IMG/VR virus record: IMGVR_UViG_3300047094_002472
Length of the DNA: 64,000 nt
Source: a virus
Direction: 5' to 3' (one strand)
In this document: piece after piece, positions 37,201 through 44,601 of the stretch
Layout of the letters: every line of letters begins with the position of its first letter
How positions within the stretch are numbered: the stretch's first letter is position 1
The notes under the pieces: generated by a model
What the model was told of the DNA's origin: nothing
The model's input: the letters and a program-made list of their open reading frames with translations, nothing else
The model's database searches: none
Made by a program: the position numbers and the translations under genes

Positions 37201-39326
37201 ATGCTTTGGCTCAAAATGCTAATAATAGATATTCTGAGGACTATAGATTTTTAGGATTAAGAGGTCCGTTGGTACTACATGCTTGGGGGTATGATCTTGA
37301 TGGTAAGCCAGTACCCAACGAAGCGGACACTGACGCTGCTGCTGGCAATGGTACGTTTAAAGATACGGAACTCAAAGACAAGTTTTTAAAAGACTGGTTA
37401 AACAAACCCAAAACATGGCCAGTTGCTCCTGTTGACTTGCGTTTTGATCGAGAGCGCGGCATGTGGGTTAGTCCACAAGCATATAAAATTGTGGTGGCCA
37501 AAATTGTTAAAAAAGTATCAGCTTTTGGAGAGGGCAGAGCAATACTTATAAATGAGAAGGGTGGAAATAAATACTACAAGAATTTATATGATGAAAATGG
37601 AGAGTTAGTAGCAGCCGCCGATCAAGAGGGGAAGAGTTGCGAAAGTACAGGAGGAGAGAAAGAATATAAGTGGATTTTAGTTAATGCAGGACTATGCTCA
37701 AAGAAATATTATTGCTATACTATTGGCGGTCAAAGCAGCGAGTGTAAGCAGTCTAACTTACCCAATGGAGAATATCTAGACCCCATAAGAGGCCCAATAC
37801 CACCAGTTGGCGGTCCTTACGACTCCTGTGCCGGAAATCCGTGTAAACAGTTTGGGGCGTGTTGTTATTCGGATATATGCGAAGATGGAGTAGAAAAGCA
37901 AGACTGCGAAACATATTACGGTGGAACGTTTTATCTAGAAAAAACTTGCGATGATATAGACTCTATATGCAGAAAACCGGGAGCTTGTTGTTACTACAGT
38001 ACGGATAGAGATGATTATTATGGGTGTGACGAGAACATTCCAAAAAATACCTGCGAAAGTGAAGGAGGTGTTCACTATTTAGGTAAAACTTGCGACCAAG
38101 CAAATTGTGAACCTCCAACAACTACGCCAGCAGGAACTACGCCAGCGGGAACTACGCCAGCGGGAACTACGCCAGCGGGAACTACGCCAGCGGGAACTAC
38201 GCCAGCGGGAACTACGCCAGCGGGAACTACGCCAGGGGGAAGTACAACACCACCCCCATCATACTACTGCATTAACGACGGACAAGGCAATTGTTATTGC
38301 TCTCAAAACGGTAGTGGACAAGCCTATTCTGGATATGATGCTTGTTATCAAGCTTGTTGCGGTACCACCAGCCCACCCACAAGTCCACCCACAAGTCCAC
38401 CAGGATGTAATCTTAGCGACGAATGTATCGACCAGATTTTTGACAGAGTTTGGTCTAGGATTATGGAGAATACTACCTCTTGCGACAGCGGAGGTGGCAC
38501 TACCAGTGGTCCGGGCGAAGGCACTACCAGTGGTCCGGGCGAAGGCACTACTAGTGGTCCGGGCGAAGGCACTACTAGTGGTCCGGGCGAAGGCACTACC
38601 AGTGGTCCGGGCGAAGGTACAACCAGTGGTCCGGGCGAAGGTACAACCAGTGGTCCGGGCGAAGGTACAACCAGTGGTCCGGGTACCACACAGGCTCCTA
38701 TTCGATGGAGATGTGATCAAAATACTAATCAGTGCGTAGTAGATCCGAGCGGACCATATGAGAATGAATTTGGTTGCAACTATGACTGCTTATATGCTAC
38801 CACAACCACAGGCAACCCAACCACAACAACGACCACAACAACGACCACAACAACGACCACTACTACCACGAGAAGACCAACAACAACCACTAAGGCTCCT
38901 CCACCCACACAGCCTCCAGTACCAACATCTCCACCACAAACAACAGCGGCCCCACCAACCGCTCCACCGTCATCAACATCAGACCTTAGTGGCAGCACCC
39001 CTATGATCAAGGTCGTAGATAGAATCGGTAAAACACATGCTGCTGGAGATATGGTTTATGCTTATTATGATACTTATAAGAGTGAATATATAGTATTAGA
39101 TAAGTATGAAGAAGTGTCTACTCCAACAATATACGGTCAGTGGGATGGAACCACTATTAAAGTGGAGGGCTTATCTGGAATAACCACAGAGAACAACATT
39201 GATATAGGATCATCAATAACTGTAGAGAATACCTTAAATCTTACAACACCAGATGAAGACTGTACTGTTAGAGGAGTTGCTATAAAGTTCTTAACTAGCG
39301 ACAACCCATACAAAGAGAATAGTTAA
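34242..39326 (+). CDS. Large tail-tip/hub (central fibre-like) protein with Cys-rich GACC modules and Thr/Pro/Gly tandem repeats
   Basis: 1694 aa, last gene of tail operon; hub-like N-terminus (LTVELVED, VTLTDPR, LLQLITDVCD..GYDFYV); GACC repeats; tandem repeats. Confidence 0.65.
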   Translation: MTTEYQNIGLTNPITFLDATVVSFNGNLGVGSQESSLTVELVEDCDSGQTFAGGFPDSLIGSPVCFPENPGGMNFSFCGIITNWTRNIGTSGNTYSVTLTDPRRILENCTLIIDTYAGTALNNIPNVFNVYNFYESESAITSGQCSTFGTSGISGDRGISYQAIINALQQSNLTIRTPTGSPLSIDLSDLPSGFPPSYRANGPSMTLLQLITDVCDATGYDFYVYLNSNSVIKIGLVDLRQNPSSFSYIQGISGYITDRSFGRELRIEKQNSIIFGEKRHYMATASNFLPYFGENTRCEPVTAVPGGGSCGFNVLVYTKPLAASLRNPGVFAGGEDLYINEFDLRANYELWVDAVLAGNADLSSYALTAKAWFEDNGMTGNFANAFFAAGNGIKASAKISSVQDVTAGNPSQNTSRKTQEYINEDAKKIHGYIESLRQTYYGKQFLCTLSENICVGNTQDIMTSGNSASSVTCLSTEKFYSAEPTNDGGWVETGGTVMGVSDPYLGFFRQDDGRVGAFAKFTTGNVGSGRKLNLDNISADEVLVNDNGSEAYVKAEVGEKIYKINNQTYVLIKFSDACLTTLNSQEAQFPAAFLAAASAIAKSSGLTSGGSGVTNQAMYICDSLNMSSMNEAVSGLDVSSTNKYQLTPGAVTPIIAAIPMRSNISTYGPYSNPNIGQNAGGCSAEQNTDLAPWVFGGSNAMNTAGNLLARLSQMGLNQAESGSVTLVGLPDLPFLGNDYNSNPNLSGINVNFGSSGITTTYTFQTFTPKFGDLAKSAVEQMKNAAKNRQKQLQFLRNQAIMSHNINRKLKTVGGGTRKPADKNVADGQTLHRCMIADMKDWYEQPSGDSQRTVVGIDTLPKSVLELRFNYAKKAFMSLDGLFGPVCKAGDNGCGLPRYANYQNNNFVQINKTNSSPLSPQPPFDKEGNCNDPITMDQYNLRINQKYLDPLTNKVSGSNHHHDGDGAGHAIDLLGRGDTPPDETMLMNALAQNANNRYSEDYRFLGLRGPLVLHAWGYDLDGKPVPNEADTDAAAGNGTFKDTELKDKFLKDWLNKPKTWPVAPVDLRFDRERGMWVSPQAYKIVVAKIVKKVSAFGEGRAILINEKGGNKYYKNLYDENGELVAAADQEGKSCESTGGEKEYKWILVNAGLCSKKYYCYTIGGQSSECKQSNLPNGEYLDPIRGPIPPVGGPYDSCAGNPCKQFGACCYSDICEDGVEKQDCETYYGGTFYLEKTCDDIDSICRKPGACCYYSTDRDDYYGCDENIPKNTCESEGGVHYLGKTCDQANCEPPTTTPAGTTPAGTTPAGTTPAGTTPAGTTPAGTTPAGTTPGGSTTPPPSYYCINDGQGNCYCSQNGSGQAYSGYDACYQACCGTTSPPTSPPTSPPGCNLSDECIDQIFDRVWSRIMENTTSCDSGGGTTSGPGEGTTSGPGEGTTSGPGEGTTSGPGEGTTSGPGEGTTSGPGEGTTSGPGEGTTSGPGTTQAPIRWRCDQNTNQCVVDPSGPYENEFGCNYDCLYATTTTGNPTTTTTTTTTTTTTTTTTRRPTTTTKAPPPTQPPVPTSPPQTTAAPPTAPPSSTSDLSGSTPMIKVVDRIGKTHAAGDMVYAYYDTYKSEYIVLDKYEEVSTPTIYGQWDGTTIKVEGLSGITTENNIDIGSSITVENTLNLTTPDEDCTVRGVAIKFLTSDNPYKENS
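38121..38240 (+). repeat. 8 x 15-nt coding tandem repeat (TTPAG)
   Basis: actacgccagcggga units. Confidence 0.95.
38496..38684 (+). repeat. About 8 x 24-nt coding tandem repeat (GTTSGPGE)
   Basis: ggcactaccagtggtccgggcgaa units with synonymous variants. Confidence 0.95.
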
Positions 39327-39377
39327 TGGTAGCTAATAAATAATATATAAGTGAGCTTTTACTCTTACTTATTATTC

Positions 39378-40082
39378 TTAACCGGGGTGAGGTGTTGTTG
39401 TAGTCGTCGGGGTGGATTCGCAAATGGCGTTGTAATAAGAGTCTCGGAGGCTCCCGTAATAGGGTGAGGAGGAGTATTCAGCTTGAAGATCCTCTAAGGC
39501 AGCACAATCCCCGGGCAAACTGGTATCTGTGCGGTTTGGATCGCAACAAGTCGCCCAGTCCCCAGTTTTTTTGCCTTGAATATCAATCCATTTTAGCTGA
39601 TATGGAAGTTCGAATACTGGCAGATCCCCAATGGGACCAATAGGGAAGAACGCCTCGGTAACAGCCACAAATTCCCCCGTTTTTTCCCACCCAGATGGAA
39701 TCACACTTTCGCATGGAAGATCACCTGGAACATTGTACATCATCCAGGTATCGACTGTAACCCCACTCGAACCAAGATCTTTATAACTTTGAGGTATGTC
39801 TGACAAATATTTTATACAATCTCTGTATTGTCCACCCCCAATTGCCACGCACTGTGAACCGGGAGGGCATCCTGGCGCGAACCAGTTGGCCGCGATGCCG
39901 GCCCAGAGAAACCCGAGCATCGCCTCGGCCGAGTAGCGGCTTCACCACGCTCGCCCCCTGCACTTCGTGATCGTATTCGATGAAGCCAACCGAGCTGCCG
40001 AAGGTCTGGCGGGCGGGCCGCCACTGAAAGCCCGCGAAATCTCATTAAGGAGAGACTCAGGAAAAAAAAGTTTGCTACTCAT
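39378..40082 (-). pseudogene. Cys-containing accessory protein gene apparently disrupted in its 5' part; intact ORF 39378..39920
   Basis: ATG 40082 (MSSKLFF) is in frame with 39378..39920 but meets TGA at 39944-39942; GC3 pattern suggests compensating -1/+1 frameshifts near 40040 and 39938. Confidence 0.45.
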
Positions 40083-40085
40083 AGG

Positions 40086-40835
40086 TCACGCTCCAGGACA
40101 GACGCGGATGGACACGCACCGCGAGCCATCTGGGCAGCCGCCATTGTCGCCGCACGGCGTGTCAATCCAAATGTCTGAACGCACACTGTCGGGGCAGTTG
40201 AACGCAAGATAGTCCTCTAGGCTGCATTCGTTCGCCAAGCAAAAGTAGGCTGTGTTGTAACCAGGGAAGCACTCTCCTTTTTGAAACTGTTCCTCAGGAG
40301 GCCAGGCAGGGTTGAAGTAAAACTTTCCACAGCAGAATACAGTCGCCTCATCTCCGCTAATTTCCGGAGGAGGGCAACCGTTGGTCGCGCAGTCGCCCGA
40401 CTCCGCCACGCACTGCCCATCCACGCACTCGCACCCTTCGGGGCACGGGTTCGACTGTTTCTCTGGCGGGCACTCAAGCCCGAGTTCTTGCGAAGTGAAA
40501 ACATACATACCGCAGCCAAACTGCCAAGAGGGATTGTCGGCGTTGAAGTTGTCGGCAAACTCCTGAGCTTCCGCACCTGTCGCGAAAAACGCAGGCGCGT
40601 TCCATCGTTCTTGGCAGCCAAGGAAATCGGCGCAACCGTCGCCATTGGGGCCGCACTGGCCGTCAGGCGAGCAGCAATAGGCGACATAGCAACTGGTGTC
40701 GCACGGGCCTTCACACGGTGGCGGTGTAGTGGTAGTGGTAGGACAGCAACAAGAAGGGGGTCCTTCCCCAGAATGCATAACCAATTTTCCATCTAATAAA
40801 TATAGTGTACCGTTCTCTGCTAAAAATAGAGACAT
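40086..40835 (-). CDS. Cys-rich protein with Thr/Pro linker; mostly GC-rich (foreign) coding sequence
   Basis: PSCCCPTTTTTPPP then repeated Cys modules (CPEGCECVDGQC, CPDGSRC). Confidence 0.75.
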   Translation of the reverse strand: MSLFLAENGTLYLLDGKLVMHSGEGPPSCCCPTTTTTPPPCEGPCDTSCYVAYCCSPDGQCGPNGDGCADFLGCQERWNAPAFFATGAEAQEFADNFNADNPSWQFGCGMYVFTSQELGLECPPEKQSNPCPEGCECVDGQCVAESGDCATNGCPPPEISGDEATVFCCGKFYFNPAWPPEEQFQKGECFPGYNTAYFCLANECSLEDYLAFNCPDSVRSDIWIDTPCGDNGGCPDGSRCVSIRVCPGA

Positions 40836-40841
40836 AATTTA

Positions 40842-41162
40842 TCACTTTTCTTTAGAATATTTGTGCCATCCCTTGTTGGGTAAGTATTCGCCGCTATCGT
40901 CCTTGCGCTTTGGAAATAAGGTTCCTCCCTTTTTATGTTGACCAAAAGAGAGAATCCCACCACAATCCATACACCTTAGTTCGTAAAAGTCGTTACCTTC
41001 TACGTTTCTAACAACGAACTTTATGTTGTTTTTAGAGCATAATCCACACTTATCTTCTCCGAATATCTCTTGCACAGAGGCTAGTTCCTTGAAGATCTCT
41101 TTTTGACCTTCGCCCTCTATGGTAAACTCTAATTTATCACTAATTTTATATTTGGCCAACAT
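40842..41162 (-). CDS. Zinc-ribbon protein
   Basis: CGLC ... CMDCG; AAGGAG RBS before MLAKY. Confidence 0.7.
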   Translation of the reverse strand: MLAKYKISDKLEFTIEGEGQKEIFKELASVQEIFGEDKCGLCSKNNIKFVVRNVEGNDFYELRCMDCGGILSFGQHKKGGTLFPKRKDDSGEYLPNKGWHKYSKEK

Positions 41163-41173
41163 AACTTTTCTCC

Positions 41174-41893
41174 TTATTTCCAACCAGCGTCGTATCCTTT
41201 AATCTTTTCCGGAACAGAATCTAGGTTGGTTTGAAGTGTGGATAATTCTTTGATAGTTTTGACACCATCATCATGGGACATATCATATATACTAGTAACC
41301 TTAATATCTAAACTGTCTAGTAAATTTACCACATTAATATTTAATCTTTTAGCCAACACATCTATAAAATTAATTTGATTATTGCTAATTTTAGATACGG
41401 TATTAGCATCTGGATGATCCTCAATATCTTTTGCTAATTCTTCTGCTGCTACTACCTTACGCAGCTTAAGAGCTCGTCTTAATGCTCTTCCTTCTGCTCG
41501 TGTATCTGCAACAGCAACAGCGTGGTTTCGAAACACCTTGTCGCAGTTGCCCCAATAAACGTCAGCAGCGCCCGTAACAACCCTATGTTTAGATTCTACT
41601 GGCACAGACCCATCCTTTAAAAAATAAGATATGGTATGAACCACGGTGGCTCGTTTTTCATTGTCTGGACTAGGACTCTGAACCACATTACTCGATGATT
41701 CTACGATATCACAATTAAGAGCAATTTCGAAAATTCTTCTGAGTCCATCTGTGGTGGGATTACCACTTATTTTCTCATCATCTGACAGTAAACTTAGAAC
41801 ATGGTCGGTCCACTCGATATCATTAGGTGTGACAGTCTTGGTTGGGGTGTTTGTGGTTGTTGTCTCGACATCTTCCTTCTTGGCTTTTGCCAT
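41174..41893 (-). CDS. Rad52/Sak-like single-strand annealing protein (putative)
   Basis: GLRRI ... ATVV ... GAADV ... VADTRAEGRALRRAL; C-terminal ISNNQINFI helical tail. Confidence 0.55.
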   Translation of the reverse strand: MAKAKKEDVETTTTNTPTKTVTPNDIEWTDHVLSLLSDDEKISGNPTTDGLRRIFEIALNCDIVESSSNVVQSPSPDNEKRATVVHTISYFLKDGSVPVESKHRVVTGAADVYWGNCDKVFRNHAVAVADTRAEGRALRRALKLRKVVAAEELAKDIEDHPDANTVSKISNNQINFIDVLAKRLNINVVNLLDSLDIKVTSIYDMSHDDGVKTIKELSTLQTNLDSVPEKIKGYDAGWK

Positions 41894-41894
41894 A

Positions 41895-42683
41895 TTATTC
41901 TCCTATTTCTATATTTCTGTTATCACTGTCTGGGTATTTATTCTTTATACTTTTTAGATGATCTATTAGTTGGTCATAAATGACTAAAGAACGAGCTTTT
42001 GAGAACTCTCGCGTTTGCTTTATTCTAATCAGAACCAGACCCTTGCCGAGTATCAAGCCGGTCTTCTTGTTATCGTATTTGATATTTTTATCTAGAACAT
42101 GGTCTCCCCACACTGGTAAAAAATGAGAAGGGCCATCCACCTCTATAGCCACGTTTAGTTGTGGTAGGAAAAGGTCTATTTGTAGTTTTGTGTTGCTTAA
42201 GCTTTGCTCTTTGTGAAAATCTACCCTATATCCATCGCCTAATAGTTTTTCCAATAAAAACTTCTCAAGCTTAGATCCCTCCTTACTGGAAGCTCTTACA
42301 GCAACATTCGCTTGTTGTCTAATATGTTCTCTCTGCTCCTCGGACATATTATTCCAATTGTCTTTAGCAATTTGCCTTCTTTGATCCAACTCACTTTCTG
42401 TTAAACTATCCCAAAATCCCATTACAGAAGCACCTATTTTATTTTTAGTAGCTTCATCTCTTTGGGTTCCTTTTGTGGGGTGTTTATGTTTTCCTGTCTT
42501 AAGGGCGTTTTTCTGTGCTTCGCTCTTATCTCTAATTGCTATATTAAATTTCTTAGCATCTCTCCTTACCTTATTAGCATATGTATCATACATAGCTGCT
42601 ATATCCTGGAAACTTTTATTTTGTTCTGTATATAGACTAGAAATCAACTTCTTTTTTTCTTCATCGTTAAGTTTAGAGTACAT
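41895..42683 (-). CDS. Free-standing homing-endonuclease-like protein (HTH + NUMOD3-like repeats + Vsr/DUF559 nuclease)
   Basis: KGTQRDEATKNKIG NUMOD-like; SKLEK..IDLFLP..AIEVDGPSHF..DNKK..GLVLIRI. Confidence 0.7.
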   Translation of the reverse strand: MYSKLNDEEKKKLISSLYTEQNKSFQDIAAMYDTYANKVRRDAKKFNIAIRDKSEAQKNALKTGKHKHPTKGTQRDEATKNKIGASVMGFWDSLTESELDQRRQIAKDNWNNMSEEQREHIRQQANVAVRASSKEGSKLEKFLLEKLLGDGYRVDFHKEQSLSNTKLQIDLFLPQLNVAIEVDGPSHFLPVWGDHVLDKNIKYDNKKTGLILGKGLVLIRIKQTREFSKARSLVIYDQLIDHLKSIKNKYPDSDNRNIEIGE

Positions 42684-42685
42684 AA

Positions 42686-43312
42686 TTACTTTGCTGTTTG
42701 AAGAGCCTCCAGTTTTCCTTTACGGGCAATAATATTATTCATAATTTCAAACAAAAACATATTATGAATTTTCTCATGTTCTAGACATTCTATTAAGATG
42801 TTTATTTCGGGTTTTTTGAGCAGGTATATATCTGATATATGATTGTCTAAATCAAAAAAGATATGACTAATCATTTTAGTATTATTATCTAGCACACAAC
42901 CAAGCTTTGATTGGTTTTTTGTATCTAGTAACACCGAAGACTTTTTTGTTTTCTTGGCAGCCTTTATTATTTTGGTAGATATCGGTTCATATCCTAATAA
43001 TATTAAACATTCGTCTGATTGTGCGATTCTGTCTTTAGCCAAATATAAACTATGACCATGGTTATACTCAGAGTATTCACTATTCAGAATATATTGTGTA
43101 CTACTTGTTTCGCCAGTGTCTTCTATAAATCCGCTAAATCTTTTTGCATCAAACCCATAAATATAAACTATATCGGACCTGGGAAACACACCACGAATAG
43201 AGTCTCTTTGCTGCTCAAATAGATTGTTCTTCTTATTATACGGCAATAATCCAACACAACCACGAGACTTCATACCTTTTTTAAAGCCATCAGCTATGAT
43301 AATAGTAATCAT
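42686..43312 (-). CDS. Nucleotidyltransferase-like protein (LicC/NTP_transf fold), degenerate motif
   Basis: IIIADGFKKGMKSRGCVGLL resembles IILAAGxGxRM...PKxLL; YIYGF; NSEYSEYNHGHSLYLA. Confidence 0.55.
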   Translation of the reverse strand: MITIIIADGFKKGMKSRGCVGLLPYNKKNNLFEQQRDSIRGVFPRSDIVYIYGFDAKRFSGFIEDTGETSSTQYILNSEYSEYNHGHSLYLAKDRIAQSDECLILLGYEPISTKIIKAAKKTKKSSVLLDTKNQSKLGCVLDNNTKMISHIFFDLDNHISDIYLLKKPEINILIECLEHEKIHNMFLFEIMNNIIARKGKLEALQTAK

Positions 43313-44076
43313 ACTATTTTAAAACCACCCGTGTCTGCAAGGATATCCTTACCATGTTCAGCCAAAGAGAACCTATATACTCCGGAACCAAATAACACAC
43401 AAGAGTTGTCCGGATCTGTTAATACTATAAACTTATTGAGTTGGCTATAAACTATATCATTAGCAGCTTCCACTACGTTGTTTAGATTATTACAACTCGA
43501 CTTTTTCATATGGCAAACAAATCTATAAGACTTATTCTCAGTTATTACTCCATGAAGGATATTCTCATTAGAGATAGAATCATCCACCATTGTTTGAATA
43601 CGCCATTTGCAGTCTATTTTTGAGTCTGCCATTAGTTTTTGTATAGAGGCATATATGGTTGTTTTTGACCCTTCCGGACCTCTAACAAATACTATTTTAG
43701 CTGGATGTATACCTAGAGAAGAGAAAGCCCTCTTGATATTTGCGATATCTTGATCGGAGTCGCCAATTTCTATAAAATTAACAACTAGTACATAATCTAT
43801 ATGATTAGATTCCCTGAACTTCTTCTCTTTTTCTTCTAGGCTTGCGTTCTCTAGTCCATATTGTGCGAACCATTGATTTTCTCTATACCCTACGCATTTC
43901 TTACCATTAATGATATAGAATTCTTTATTATCATCATATGCTTCTAGTATCTGTTCGCCATTTTCTTTATATTTTTCGATATAGTTTAGGCGACAACCCG
44001 TTTGAGTATTTTCATCGTATTCAGCGAATACGCAGCTTTTACATGGTGTGTGTACGATGCTTAGTTGGTGTTCCAT
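43309..44076 (-). CDS. Hypothetical protein with N-terminal Cys cluster
   Basis: CKSCVFA..GC..KKC; coupled to downstream gene. Confidence 0.6.
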   Translation of the reverse strand: MEHQLSIVHTPCKSCVFAEYDENTQTGCRLNYIEKYKENGEQILEAYDDNKEFYIINGKKCVGYRENQWFAQYGLENASLEEKEKKFRESNHIDYVLVVNFIEIGDSDQDIANIKRAFSSLGIHPAKIVFVRGPEGSKTTIYASIQKLMADSKIDCKWRIQTMVDDSISNENILHGVITENKSYRFVCHMKKSSCNNLNNVVEAANDIVYSQLNKFIVLTDPDNSCVLFGSGVYRFSLAEHGKDILADTGGFKIV

Positions 44077-44098
44077 AGTTTATCCCTAATGATAGAAT

Positions 44099-44130
44099 TA
44101 CGCCTAGGGCGATTTCTCACCCTAGACGTA
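44099..44130 (-). terminator. Stable hairpin downstream of ssb (terminator/mRNA stabiliser)
   Basis: TACGTCTAGGGTGA-GAAA-TCGCCCTAGGCGTA, 14-bp stem with GNRA loop; weak U-tract. Confidence 0.6.
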
Positions 44131-44151
44131 TCCCATTGTATAGATATATAA

Positions 44152-44529
44152 TTAAAACGCGACCGTCTCTGATTCTTGATCCGATGTCTGGTCGTTCTTC
44201 TTAGTCTTAAAGATCTTACTGAAGTTATTCACTCGGATCTTAAGAGTGCTATGCTTAACGCCATCCTTCTCCCAGCTATCGTTCCTGAGAGATCCTTCGA
44301 TCATAACAAGATCGCCCTTCTTAAATGTAGACGCAATAGCCTCCGCACCGCTATCCCATGCTTCGCACGGAATAAAAGAAGTAATCTTGTCCTGTGATCC
44401 ATTAGCCTTAGTAAACTCACGAGAAACAGCAACCGTGAAGTTGACCACAGAAGTCTGTCTATCGCCAGAGCCTACCACGCGTAGCTCAGGATCTCTTGCC
44501 AAATTACCCTTTAGAATCGTAATATTCAT
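44152..44529 (-). CDS. ssb: Single-stranded DNA-binding protein
   Basis: GNLARDPELR, NFTVAV, CEAW, KKGDLVMIEGSL; acidic tail ending in F. Confidence 0.95.
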   Translation of the reverse strand: MNITILKGNLARDPELRVVGSGDRQTSVVNFTVAVSREFTKANGSQDKITSFIPCEAWDSGAEAIASTFKKGDLVMIEGSLRNDSWEKDGVKHSTLKIRVNNFSKIFKTKKNDQTSDQESETVAF

Positions 44530-44573
44530 TCAAAGTCTCCTAAAAAATGATTAAAAACCAATACCAACACCAT

Positions 44574-44601
44574 ATAGTAGTTGTGGCCCGTACTTGGTCA
44601 A
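44574..44601 (-). promoter_or_regulatory. sigma70-like promoter for ssb
   Basis: TTGACC, 16 nt, TACTAT; shares CAACTACTATAT with the promoter at 1824-1835. Confidence 0.6.

Noticed and set aside
38496-38684. Regular 24-nt (and 15-nt) repeats resembling a CRISPR array
   Set aside because: Units are head-to-tail with no unique spacers, are multiples of 3 and vary only at synonymous positions, so they are coding repeats; no cas operon is present.
39942-39944. Genome-wide stop-codon reassignment or selenocysteine suggested by the in-frame TGA
   Set aside because: Other genes translate full-length in the standard code and many end in TGA with ATGA overlaps; local frameshifts explain this case better.
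40061-40070. Poly-T8 tract as a phase-variation switch
   Set aside because: Adding one T gives an immediate stop and removing one leads into an implausible Arg-rich frame; neither restores the gene.
39955-40212. + strand ORF with Walker-B-like FVIVFDE
   Set aside because: A stop lies just upstream, there is no Walker A, and it is the antisense shadow of a GC3-rich - strand frame.
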